A DNA stretch of 64,000 nt, from the NCBI RefSeq assembly GCF_032191835.1, contig NC_083239.1:13640001-13704000 (forward strand), in the 5' to 3' direction. Shown piece after piece: positions 40,673 through 53,049 of this stretch. Both the position numbers and the translations under genes were made by a program. The DNA is from Heteronotia binoei (Eukaryota). Each line of letters begins with the position of its first letter. The first letter of the stretch is position 1. The notes beneath the pieces were generated by a model that saw nothing but the letters and a program-made list of their open reading frames with translations, searched no databases and was not told the DNA's origin.

Positions 40673-43600
40673 TGTTCATCTTCCGTCTTCTCGTGCAGCC
40701 CCACATTGGGAATGCACCTGTGCAGGCTGGTTGCAGACATTTTCTTCCTAGCTTAACAACTCCAAAGATGGGGCAGCCCACCCTTTTTGGAGCCAGTGCA
40801 TTCATGGGATTCCTGCACAATGTGCTCTGACAGTGTGTGCCCCCTTGCCTTAGCTCCTTTCCACCACAACGAGGATAGGAAGCTTTGTTGCACACTGTTG
40901 ATGTTCGCCGCCGTTGTGAATAAAGTGGACATCTTTTTTCTTCAAAGAATTGTTTTTCACACTTTGGGAGTTTATCTTGTGAGAAGCAAACCTCATCATA
41001 AAGTGGGCTCTCCCTGTCTGTTGTGCTGGTGGTCCCTTGTTATGGCATCAAGGGCACTGTTTAAGAAATGTTCTAAATGTAGGATCAAGACGATGCACAG
41101 CAACAAGCATGAGTTCTGCCTCCTGTGCTTAGGTGAGACCCACAACATTGGAATGTGTCCAATTTGCTAGTGCTTTATCCCAGAGGTTCAGTTGAATAGG
41201 GCCACTAGGTTGAAAGCCATGCTATGGGAGAAGGCTTTGTCCTCCTCAGCTCTGTCCAGAGTGAGTCCGCATTCATTCCAACTGTCTCAGTTCCACTTGC
41301 CCTCCATTCTGGACCCCCATCAGTCCATTTGGTTCCTGTGGGTCTGACTATCAGGACAGTTCTGATCCCTCCAAAAAGGGCTGCTTTGGTCACCCTAGAG
41401 GCAGAATCTACGCATCTGTCTTTACCTTCTTCAGGACCTTCAACCAAGGTCTAATCATATTCAGAAGTCCTACAAAAAAGCATAGAAGAACAAACCACAA
41501 GGAGAAGACCGGATCCATTTCCAAGTTGGCACGTGTCAAATCTTATATGGGTCCAGAGTCAGACCAGGGCAACATCCTGATTCTCTAATATACTCTGTCA
41601 CCTCACCTAGCCTCCTTTGCCAGTTCCTTTTCAGATGACCAACCTAGCATCCCTGTGGTACAACTGGTGCAATCAGAAACAGGACCTCCTTTATCTTGGC
41701 AACTGGTGGGCTTTCCTCAGCATTCTTACTATATATCACCAACTTACTTAAATAGATGGGCTGGACATCACCCCCAACTTTTGAAGGAGCATGATCCGAA
41801 AATAAGGGGATACATGGAGGTCTGCTCCACACTGGCTCAATTTCAATCTCCGTATCATAACCCTGAAGAAGAGGTCTCTGCAGCTTCTCATTATAGCTCC
41901 TAGAGAGCCTCGAACCTATCACCTGATGATACTGTGGGTGCTCCAACTCCAGTATCCCCTAGTGAAGACCTTTGTCTCTGCAGAGAACAGATGCTGAGAA
42001 TGGGGAAAGCCCTTGATATTGATGTCTCCACTTCAGACAATAGTCCAAAAGACAGACTTTTGAGTTTGCTCTATTCCAGCACTCCAGAGATAGTTGCTTT
42101 TCTGATTTTGAAAGGCCTGTCTGACCTCATGGTTCCAATCTGATAGAAACCAGCCTCCATCCAAGTCACACCTTGAGAATTTATACAGAGTAAAGCAGGA
42201 CTCTTACCAGTTTCTGTTCACACATCCACCACCATCCTCATTGGCCACAGAGGAGATGGAGGCACATCAATGACTGAGCCATCATTCATCCCCAGGGGAC
42301 AGGGAAAGCTTCTGGCTACAAACTTTTCCTCTGGTAGAGTCTTTCCCACTATTTAGACAGATTACCTGATGAATCCAAATCCCTGCTTTAGCTTATTCAG
42401 TCCAAGGTGATTAAGATCTTGCAACAGTAGATGAATGCAAGCAGGTATGTCACAGATGTATCGGCCAGATCTATAGCTTCTGCCATAGTTCTCCAGAGAT
42501 ACTCATGGCTGCGCAACACTGATCTCCCTTCAGAGACTTGCTGTAAAGTGGAGGAGCTCCCCTTCAAGGGATCAACTCTGTTATTGCAATCCACTGATGA
42601 GTTCCTGTCCACTTTGAAGAAGAACCACCAGATAGCCATATTGTTGAGCATATTCTCCTCTGCTCTGACCCAGAGACATTTCTTTCAAAGGTAACGTGGC
42701 TTTGCTTTCCCCTTTCTACAGGAGCCAGAGGCAGCACCACCAGCCATCATTCATGTATTCTCAACCCGGCCACCCTCTTTTTCAAAAGAAAGGGTACCCT
42801 GCACCTGACGCCTCCTCAACAGTACCCTCAGAGGGACCAAGACCATCAGCCAACGAAGTTCCGTTTTCCCCAGTAGTTGCTGGTATTTTTCAGTTTCAAA
42901 GATTGGCTGGCACAATTTGCAGAGGCTTGGTGCAGGATTAGTTCAGATAGTTAAGTTTTGTTTATTGTTCAAGAAGTTTACAGGTTAGAGTTGCTATCCT
43001 AACCCCCTTGCCCACCTGGCTCCGATCGCAGTGGGAGAAGTCTCATCTTGAACCATCTCAGCAAGTGCAGTTCATTTGCACCTCCCTCAACACCACTATA
43101 GGGAGGGCCTTTCTGCCTGTAGCCGGGGCCAAAAGCATTAAAGTAATAGTCTTAAGATGCATTAGAAAGACTGCACATGCAGACTTTGTAAATCTGGTTT
43201 GTTAAGAAGAATGACCCTAACAAACACCCGTCCCCCCAGGACAATATTTTTTGATACCTAGGGTGGTGGTCCGGTCTCTACATTGGTGGCTAGTAAATGC
43301 TAACTTGTTCTCAGGTATCCAGTTTGATTTTTGGGTTTTTCAGGTCACCCTGACCACGGATGATTCCTTATCAGTTTGGGGTGCCCATTACAAGGGTTTT
43401 TTGATACAGGGCTGGTGGACTTTTGATGCAAAATGCTCCCCATATTAAAGTCCTAGAGCTTTGTGCGGTAAGATTTGCCCTTATCTCCTTTTCAGGTATC
43501 CTCAAAGCCAAGAGGGTGCTGATTCAGATGAACAACACCATTGCTGTGTACTATTTCAACAAACAAGGAGGCATAAGTTTCTGGAGGCTTTGCTTTGAGG

Positions 43601-44033
43601 CAATAGCAGTGTGGGAAATAGCTTTAAGTATTAGGTCTTTCCCAAGGCGATCCACATAGTGGGGTCTTCAGATACAGAAGCAGACAACCTGAGCAGGGTC
43701 TATCAAACTTAACTATAAGTGACCTATCCAGGACAAATATCAAGGTGATTTTTGACACCTAGGGAAATCCTCAGGGGGACTTGTTTGCCTCAGCTGAAAG
43801 CACTGGAGTTTTGCTCCCTGGTGGGAAAGGGGGACACCTGCCCATGGAGGACGTGGCACTTTGGGGGGGAATTCTGCACATGTGATGGCTCCAAAAGGGG
43901 CAGAGTGCGCCCTCTTTGGAATTTTTTAGTTAGAAAGAAAATGTCCATGGCTAGCCTGCGCAGGCACAGTCCCAATATATGTCTGCACGGAAGATTCGAT
44001 GAACAACAATTATGGTAAGTCCAACTCTGTTTT
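40673..44033 (+). mobile_element. Second decayed DIRS1-like retrotransposon (intergenic)
   Basis: ITRs ~40673-40810 and ~43870-44030; gag zinc finger FKKCSKC..CLLCLGETH..CPIC at 41042; gag C-terminus YSWLR..LPFKG at ~42500; RT start RLAQFAEAW at ~42900; RNase H motifs TTDDSLSVWGAH, HIKVLEL, NKQGG, EADNLSR; no recombinase seen. Confidence 0.85.
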
Positions 44034-44289
44034 ACTTGCAGTCATCATGAAACATTATCACCTAAAGCAATAAAAATGTATGGCTTATGCACACACAAAT
44101 AGACTCTGCCTGAGAACGACAGCGATTGTTTCTCTCAGGTACATGTTGGCAGCCCAGATCCACCATGGAACACAGTGTTCCCTTCCCCTACACTTGCTGG
44201 ATCAATGCATGCTGTTTTTTCTTTTTCTTGCAGTTTGTATTCACAATGTCATTCTGCTGGTATCTTTGGTGTAAACAGGATGGCCTTTT

Positions 44290-44950
44290 TAAAAATGGCA
44301 TTCATTCCATAGTAAACTCTTCAGCTTAGTGTCTCCTCCAAGTTGGTATGCAATGGCAGATGAAGTGCTGGGCATATGCCAGAGAGAACTGAGTTGACAA
44401 GCCCACAGTGCAGTTCTCAGCATTGATATCAATGTGCTTAGAAAGGTATAACTTCACACATATGTGCAAAATCTAGCCTACCTTGCAGGGCTGATGTAAA
44501 AAAAATTGGATCACTCCATGAATGTGACCTTGTGTTTGTCAATGGAATAAATACAATAATTACTGAAAATCAGATTGTAAGTGCTGTCATGTCACAGGTG
44601 ACTTTTGGTAACCCCAGCAAGCAGCTTCCAAGGCAAGTGAGGAACAGAAGTGGTTTTGCCATTGCTTTTCTCTGTGGAGTCTTCTTTGATGGTTTCCCAA
44701 GTGCTGATGCTGCTTAGCTTCTGAGATTTGACAAGACTGGGCTATACCATTGGTATCCTCCATCCTAATTATTACACTGTTCCAGAACTGTTTTGTATAG
44801 ACCTATTGGGTAAGATATAAAAATATAGGGTGCCTTGCTTTCCCAGCCTTTTGCAGGGTCCAGTCCTCTGAGCAGAGAAACAGGAGACTTAATGGTTCTT
44901 TGGTGATGCATGGTTACGTACAAGTGTATATGCTTAGCATGGGATTAGAC
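44290..44950 (+). repeat. Copy A of a local direct duplication (paralog of 51988-52985)
   Basis: Colinear similarity, e.g. aaaggtataacttcacacatatgtgcaaaatctagcctacctt identical in both copies. Confidence 0.9.
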
Positions 44951-46058
44951 AGTGCTAGCTTCTAAAATGACACCAGTTTTCCACCTGAAGCAAAGGTCAG
45001 AGCAATGGGACCATGTAGTTATCTGCAAAAATTCCCATGTAATCCTGAGAATGCCTATTTAGAAATAACTTCCAGTAATCTCACAGCAGATGGGAACTAT
45101 CTACTAGATCCCAATCAAGCAGAGACACAGTCCACCATTTATTAAACAGTGGTAGGGATCTAGATAGCAAGTTCAATGAATTGCCAACCCCACCCCCCGC
45201 CCCCCCCAGTTCCAACAAGTCTCCTGTGCTCTTGCAAGCTGTACTGCCAAGACTGCAGAATCACAGTCTTCTCTATCATGTTTCAATGTGAGGAACAGCT
45301 ACAGGCATGGGGTTTAGGGTTTTGCTGAGTTTTTTTAAAATTCTCTGTCCACTTAAAAAGGGTTCCTTCCCCAGGTGGTCAACATCAACCATTAAAGACA
45401 TTAGAACAGCATAGAGTATATTTATATAGACTAGACTATTTACTTTTTTCTTAGTTCTGCAAACTGTGTTCCAGTTGCCAATTTCTTTCTGATTCAAGAG
45501 CTAGTAACTACCAAGGTTCACTTAAATAAAGATCTTCCAGCCACCAGTATGCACTAAGGAAACATTGTTACTTTTTCTCTAGGTTGCTGTACATTAACCT
45601 CTTCAATTTAAGCAGCCCTGACATTTTTCAAACTCTCACCTTATTGGATTTATTCATGCCGTTGTTAGAAAAAAAACTACATCACTTTTTCATGATGAAA
45701 TGGACAGTCTCCAAGGCAACCATGTTCAAAAACAGTAGTAATGGGTTGTACAGAAGGAGAAATAGCTGCTGCAAGTGAAGAGAGGCTTCAAAAGAAAATT
45801 TTGGTCAAACATAAATTTTTCTAACCTTTGCAAGGCTTGTAACAGACTTTTAGAGAGGGACAACACGTGACAGTCTCCCACTTTGTTCTGCAAGTTTTTA
45901 CAGGCAAGCAGAGGCAGGATTTATGTAACTATAAAGCAGCAAAGGAGATATTCAGAGAAACCTCTGTGAAATCAATTCCAACTAATATTTCACATTTTTG
46001 TCATCACTAGAAATTCTTTGTTTTAAGGGAGGCCTTTACACTGTACCTTGGTATTACC

Positions 46059-49000
46059 TGTGGAGAAACATCATTTTAGGCCTGTGCTTGTCTGGGAGTT
46101 GGCTAGAGGAGTCTATACAACTCTAGGCAAGGCTTTGGCCTAGTCTATTCCTCCTTCCCTCTCCCCTCCTGTCTTGAAGCAGCACTTCTGAGGAGGCCTC
46201 CTAGAGACAGGAAGTCTTTCAGGCTGGTCTCCCAGAAGGTTGCAGGAGGGAAAACCAGTTCTTGGGCAGGAACTGGGTTTTGGGAGGGAAAGGCAGTTTG
46301 ATTTGAGTCTTGGTGACTGGGGAGTCGATTCTGAATGTTATGATCAGGGCCAGTTGCACAACAGGGAAAGGAACATTTTTCCCTAGTTTGATTTAGTTCT
46401 TCTGTTCACAATTTTATAATGCCTGTAAATAGTTATAAATTTTAAATAAATACAGTATTTTGTCTGTTAAAAAAGGTAGTCCCTCTGTACCACATAGTTT
46501 CCCCAACCGCCTTAGACCACGTTACTGCAATAGGGGAGTCCAGGGAAGGGGGAAGGCATGCAGTTGGTAGGGTGCCAATCCTCCGGGGGTCTCCCAAAGA
46601 AGGACTTTTGTCTCTGTGTTAACCAGGTGGTGGGTTGGCAGAGGTCCTTGAGGCCAGGTCTCAGAACTGGCAGGAAGGGGGATTGGGAGTCCTATTCCTC
46701 TCGGTCAGGAACCCTAAATTGAACAGATGGTGGCAGTGTGCCCTAGTAGTGGGAAGAGGATGAGCTTCCTTCAGGAGTTGGCAACTCAAAAGGGAGTTGA
46801 CGGGACCGGGTCTGAAAGTAGAATTGGGCCGGTTCCATCACATTTGGGAGCAGCAGTGGGATAGGACAGACAGAGGGGACAAAGACCAAGCCAAGGGTCT
46901 AAACAGGCATTTTAAGCTGGTGTACCCACCAGGCAGTGACAGAAGTGTTGTTTTATTTTTTCGGGTCGACTGGAGTAGGGAAAGTTTAATTTAGTTAGGA
47001 TGGAGCATGCCAAGACATGGGACATCCTGAAAATGACGAAGCCACAGCTCCAGGAAGAGTGTACAAAGCGTAAACTGGAGTGTGAAAATATGACTGTGTC
47101 AGATATATAAGCCCTCCTAATTGACCATAACCAGCATGTAGGGGCTCCTGTAGAAGTGCGACCAAGCCCATCAGACGTGAGCCTCTCACTGGAACTGGAA
47201 CAAATGTGTATTCAGGCTGAGAGAGGGATGAAAGACGAGCAGAGATCTGCAGACGGGAGGATGAAAGATGTGAAGAGATCCACTGACGGGAGCAGGAAGA
47301 GCAACGGAAACATGAGCATGAGGTGCTGTGTCTGAAAGCAGCCCAATACAAGAAAAGCAAAGTCACCCAGGAGGCAGAGAACCAGCCCATCTCAAGCCCT
47401 GAGGAAGAGGGATGTAGCTTTCCCCAAGTGCAGCAAGAGGCTGTGGATGTTCTTAGGAAGGGAACCTGTCTAGTGTAAAGGATGTGCGTGCTGAAGAGAC
47501 AGAGGTGGAGATTTCACAGGAGGTTCTGAGAGCAGCAAGGCTAGTGTGGGCTCAGAGGAGCACATAGCTGAGGGCTTGGAACGGGAGTGGTTCCAGGAGG
47601 CGTTCCAGAGTGACCTGAGGTTGGAACCAGTTCACCAAGTAGCTGTGGATTAGGAAGTGGGATCTTCAGAGAGACTCTCAGAGCAGGTTGTCTTGAAGCA
47701 GGGCAGACAGGAGTCCTTGGAAGCTGTGGAACCTTCCAAGCAGGAAGGGGGTCTGTTGGGTAGTGCTGAAAAACCAACTGAGGGGACTGAGAACCCAAAC
47801 CAAACCTTTGCCGAGGATCCTGGAAACAGTGGGACTAGGGGTGGCTTGGAGGAACAGATGATGGAAAGTCTGGGGGAGCCAGTAACATTCCTGTCAGAGG
47901 TTCAAAGTGACCCTAGTCTGGAACCACTGTGTAAGGTGGCAAGGGACCAGGAAGTGGAGTTCTCAGAAGCTGAGACGGGAAAGGGTGATGGTTTGCCTGC
48001 CCCTTCATACCGGTGAACTGAAAGCTGAATGGGAGGGACCCCATGTGACTGTGGATAATCTGGTTGATGCTACTTATGTGGTGGCTATGGAGAGGGCTGG
48101 AAAGACAGCTAAAGTGGTGCAGGTGAATATACCACAGCCATTCTCGGTGAGGCCCATGGTGTTGCATATAAGAAGAAAGGAAAAAGACAACAAGAAGCTG
48201 GAACAACAATTGCTTGGAGCACCAGAGGTGGTTTTCTGGGAGGACAGAGTGGACAGAGGGAACATTCCACCAATGAGGGATAAAGAAGAAGCAACTGTGT
48301 GGGAATTGGGCAGTTTCCAACTGTGGGAACTGGGCCAGGAATTTCCTCCTTTGATGGACCACTCATCCTGGCAACAGCTGCAACTGAGGGAGAGCACCAA
48401 ACTCCAAAGGTGGCCCTGGGAGATGGAGGACTACATCCTAAAGACTGGACATTCTTTCCAAATGCAGCAATGCGACTTTTTGTCCAGAAAGGACGTGGAC
48501 ACTTAGGGGTGTCGGACTTTGTAAATTGTTGGGGGAAATTTCCTGGTTTGTATATGTTATATTTTTGGTTAATGGGTTTCTCCTTGGTTATTTTGGATTC
48601 TGCCACAGGGTCACCTCTGTAGGAGGAAACCCCTCCAGCTCAGAATCTAAGGAGAAGGAGGTGTGGAGAAACACCATTTTAGGCCTGTGCTTGTCTGGGA
48701 GTTGGCTAGAGGAGTCTATACAACTCTAGGCAAGGCTTTGGCCTAGTCTATTCCTCCTTCCCTCTCCCCTCCTGTCTTGAAGCAGCACTTCTGAGGAGGC
48801 CTCCTAGAGACAGGAAGTCTTTCAGGCTGGTCTCCCAGAAGGCTGCAGAAGGGAAAACCAGTTCTTGGGCAGGAACTGGGTTTTGGGAGGGAAAGGCAGT
48901 TTGATTTGAGTCTTGGTGACTGGGGAGTCGGTTCTGGATGGTATGGTCAGGGCCAGTTGCATAATAGGGAAAGAAGGAACATTTTTCCCTTGTTTGATTT

Positions 49001-49405
49001 AGTTCTTATGCCTGTAAATAGTTATACATTTTAAATAAATATGTTGTCTGTTTAAGACGGTAGTCCCTCTGTACCACATAGTTTCCCCAACCGCCTAAGA
49101 CCATGTTACTGCAATAGGGGAGTCCAGGGAAGGGGGAAGGCATACAGTTGGTAAGGTGCCAAACCTCCGGGAGTCTCCCAAAGAAGGACTTTTGTCTCTG
49201 TGTTAACCAGGTGCTGGGATGGCAGAGGACCTTGAGGCCACAAAACTGGTGAGGAGGATCGGGAGTCCTGTTCCTCTCGGTCAGGAACCCCTAAATTGAA
49301 CAGATGGTGGCAATGTGCCCTAGTGGTGGGAAGATTAGTTCCCTTCAGGAGTTGGCAAGTCAAAAGGGAGTTGATGGGACCGGGTCTGAAGGCAGAATCG
49401 TCACA
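46059..49405 (+). mobile_element. Internally deleted Gypsy-type (Gmr1-like) LTR retrotransposon with two LTRs
   Basis: LTRs 46059-46842 and 48662-49405 (TG...CA); TSD ttacc/ctacc; PBS-like tgggagcagcagtgggat (tRNA-Leu-like); purine tract at 48649-48661; integrase C-terminal remnant ELKAEWEGP..YVV..KVVQVN at ~48015-48130; no RT seen. Confidence 0.85.
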
Positions 49406-49955
49406 CTACCTATCCTGTTTTTGTGGGGGAGGGGGTTGTTTTGTTTTAGGTTTAGGCTGCCTCATAATCAGGTTTGAAAGAAGGCTTTTCTGGTTCCCTT
49501 CCTGGAAGACCCAGCTATATACTCCATTGCTGTTGTCCTTTCTCTGGCATATATTTAATGGGCAGAAGGGCTCACAAAGGCTCTTAGAAAGGGGCTGGGG
49601 GTTCAGTAATACAGCCGTTGTCTTGCATGTGGAAGGTCATCGGTTTCAATCCCCAGTATTTCCAGTTAAAAGCTCATGTGGAAAATATATACCTAGGATC
49701 CTAGAGAGCCATCATCAGTTGCAGCAGACAGTCTTGACTTTGGTGTGACTCAGTGCTAGGCAGTTTCATGTTCTCTGTTTCAAGTAATTATATTCAACAA
49801 GTACGCCCCTTATTATAAACTCAGAACATGTTTTCACCAGCCTACCCAGATTGGATTTTTTTATTCCGGAGTTGCCATTCCAAATGTTAACGTCCAAACA
49901 ACCTCAAGATACAGGGAGTGCCCCAGATCTTCAGAATCCTAACAAAAACACATTT

Positions 49956-50085
49956 AGGCTGCAATCACACACACTTCTGCATTTTCAATCCACTTTCAAT
50001 GCACTTTCCAACTGGATTTTACTGTGTAAAATTCAGTTGGAAAGTGCACTGAAAATGGATTATCTAGCGTGTACGATCACGGCTG
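49956..50085. repeat. Small palindromic MITE-like element
   Basis: 28-bp arms 49995-50022 and 50026-50053 (2 mismatches) around a 3-nt loop. Confidence 0.65.
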
Positions 50086-50634
50086 TAGGATTGCTACTCC
50101 TGTTCTGCAGCTGATGGGACAAGCTGAGAAAAACTTCAGATTAGGCCTTATTTATTTAGAATATGCATGGCATCTTTCATAGAGAACTGCTTGAGGCAGC
50201 TCACAAGATAAAACAACAGTGGCACAGCATCTCAGCCACTGTTAAAATTCTCCACTGAGAAGCTGGCGGCCATAGACAACAGAGGGAACCAAAATTAAAA
50301 CAAAAATACTCAGCACTAGAATAATATACAAGAGCCATCCTGAAAGAATTCCCATTAGAATAATGGTAGAAAAATATCAACTTATCTAAAAAGTAGGGCT
50401 GCTAAATCTGGAAATATATAAATCAGACAAAGGACAGAACTTTCTTTTGGGCCTACCCCCCCCCCCCCCATGGGGAGGAACTCATGTAACTAGTGACAAA
50501 GCAGAGGAATCAAAGTGCACTGAAAGGGGAAGAACCATCAAAATTCATCTGAGATGCCTGTGTTGCAGGATTTGTTTTGTACGCTCAGCATCAAAACCAA
50601 AACCCAGAAACCTTTCAGAGGCCCTTTCAGAGAA

Positions 50635-50862
50635 CCAGTGTAGTGTAATGGTTAAGAACAGTGGACTCTAATCTGGGATAGCTGAGTCTAATTCTTCACT
50701 CCTCCACATGAAGCCTGCTGGATGACCTCAAGCCAGTCACAGTTCTCAGAACTCTCCCAGCCCTACTTAACCTCACAAGGTGTTTGTTGTGGGAAAAGGA
50801 AAGGCGATTGTAAACTGCTTTGAGACTCTAGGGTAGATAAAAGCAGGGTTTTAATAAAAACC
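50635..50862 (+). mobile_element. Older MIR-derived tRNA SINE
   Basis: ccagtgtagtgtaatggttaag head; body similar to the Squam3-like copies. Confidence 0.65.
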
Positions 50863-51409
50863 AACTTTTCATCTTCAGTCTCTCCAGCTGAGGAGATATC
50901 AGGAAGGAAAGGAAAACAAATGACAAAGACAGGTGTAGCATATAGAAAAGTGGATTTTAAGGAATAGAAAAGCCTTATTCTAAATATTTGGCTGCAGGAC
51001 TAGTGCTGCAAATGTTTAAAGATATAGCAAAAGCAAATTCCTTTACTTTACAAGGAACAGTTATAAACCACACTTGCTCCCCCTCCCTTTCATTATATTA
51101 AAAAAATAATCCAGGTGAACTGATCTCTGTTACCTGGAGATCAGTTGTAATAGTGGGAGATCTCCAGCTACCAGCTGGAGGTTGGCAAATCTAGCAGGGC
51201 CAGACATGACAGTGGTAAGATTGGCAAGGTTTAAGCTCAGCCTTACAGGCTTGTAAGGACACTGAAAGAATTAAACAGGAAGATCAACAGGACCACATTT
51301 AACTTTAGAAGGGGTAAGTTTTTTTTCAAATGAAGAGGATTGTGAAGAAGAAATTGAAAGGAAGGGTAAGGTGGGGTGTCGAATTTCTTCAGGATGCTTA
51401 GAGACTATT

Positions 51410-51955
51410 TGAAACTTACAATACTGGAAGCTCAATTACAGTGTATACCTCAAGTGAGGAAAGGTATGAACAGGTATTTTTAAAGGCCTGCATGATTACT
51501 GAACAAAATAATGGAGGCAATAAAAGTAAAAGGATTCCTTTAAGCAGTAGAAGTCTAGTCTGAGTGAGGTAAATAAAAGTCAGCACAGGCTTTGACAAAA
51601 TACAAGTTCGTGATCAGACAGGCCAAAAAGAACTACAAGGAACATATTGCAAAAATATGGCTAAGCAAGTCGTCATCAATGTGGCAAATAAGGTTCAACG
51701 CGGGCAAGTGCAAAATAGCGCATTGGAGCCAAAAATCCTAACTAAATATATATTGATGGGGTCAATTCACTTCAAAAAAGATAGCATTGGAAAAGGTGCA
51801 GAAAAGTGCAAGTAAGATGATTAAGGGGATGGAACACCTTTTCTATGAAGAAAGAATAAAAAGGTTAAAGTTCTTTAACTTGGAGAAATGACAAGGGGTG
51901 ACATGATACTGGTTTACAAAATCATGCATAAGATAGCGAAGGTAGAGACTTTCTT
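51410..51955 (+). mobile_element. Degenerate CR1 ORF2 fragments
   Basis: WQIRFN..KCK, ALEKVQK..KMIKGME and GDMI motifs. Confidence 0.7.
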
Positions 51956-51987
51956 ACAATACAAGGATTGACACTTGACTTAAAAAA

Positions 51988-52985
51988 AAATGCCATTCAT
52001 TCCATAGTAAATTCATCAGCGTAATACCTCCCCCAAGCTGGTATGGAATGGCAGATGAAGTGCTGAGCATATGCCAGAAAGAACTGAGTTGACAAGTCCA
52101 CAGTGTGGCCCTCAGCATTGATATTGATGTACTTCAAAAGGTATAACTTCACACATATGTGCAAAATCTAGCCTACCTTCCAGGGCTGATGTAAGAAAAT
52201 TGGATCACTCCATGAATGCCACCTTGTGTTTGTCAGTGGAAGAACAAGATACTAATGAGATACATACTAAAATTTCTGAAAATTAGAATGTATTTCATTT
52301 TCATTTCATTTTATTTGATTTATATCCCACCCTACCCCACCAAAGCGGGCTCAGGGCGGCTTGAGTAATGTAAGTACTGTCAAGTTGCAGGTGACTTTTG
52401 GCAACCCCAGCAAGAAGTGGTTTGCTATTGCCTTTCTCTGTGGAGTCTTCCTTGATGCTTTCCCTGCTTAGCTTTTGAGATTTGACAAGATCAGGCTATA
52501 CTAGGGGTAGCCAAACATGCTTAACATAAAGAGCCACATGGAATAAATGTCAGATGTTTGAGAGCCACAAGACATGGACATCAGATGTTTGAGAGTTGCA
52601 AGACAGGCAGGCAGGCAAATAGATGGGAGAAAGAGGTGGAAAGAAAGCAACTTTAAATGCATTCTCCAAGCTGCCAGCTGGCTTGGCTCAGAGAAGTGAT
52701 TTAAACAGAAAAACGCCTTTTCCAAGTTAGCCAACTGTGGTGGGAGCTTCAAAAGCCACACAATAAATGTAAAAGAGCTACATGTGGCTCCCGAGCTAGT
52801 TTGACCAACCCTGGGCTATACCACTGCCACCCTCCCTCCTAATTATTACACTGTTCCAGAACGGTTTTGTATAGATATAAAACTATAGGGTGCAATGCAG
52901 GGTCCAGTCCTCTGTGCTGAGAAATGGCGGACATAATGGTTCTTTGGTGATGTACAAGTATATATGCTTAGCATAGGATTTAGCA
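51988..52985 (+). repeat. Copy B of the local duplication, abutting the AGO3 CpG island, with two extra insertions
   Basis: Colinear with 44290-44950 apart from inserts at 52293-52366 and 52502-52813. Confidence 0.9.
52502..52813. mobile_element. hAT-type MITE with exact 8-bp TSD
   Basis: TIRs taggggtagccaaac / gtttgaccaaccctg; TSD GGCTATAC at 52494-52501 and 52814-52821; empty site at 44740-44747. Confidence 0.92.
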
Positions 52986-53049
52986 CCCCGACAGACCGTA
53001 CTAGTTTTAAACGAGGGCTATCCAGGTCTTCTACCACAGCTGCTAAGGT

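Noticed and set aside
47907-48606. Several 100-200 aa overlapping ORFs
   Set aside because: They lie inside the LTR element and are explained as broken gag/integrase remnants and their antisense shadows
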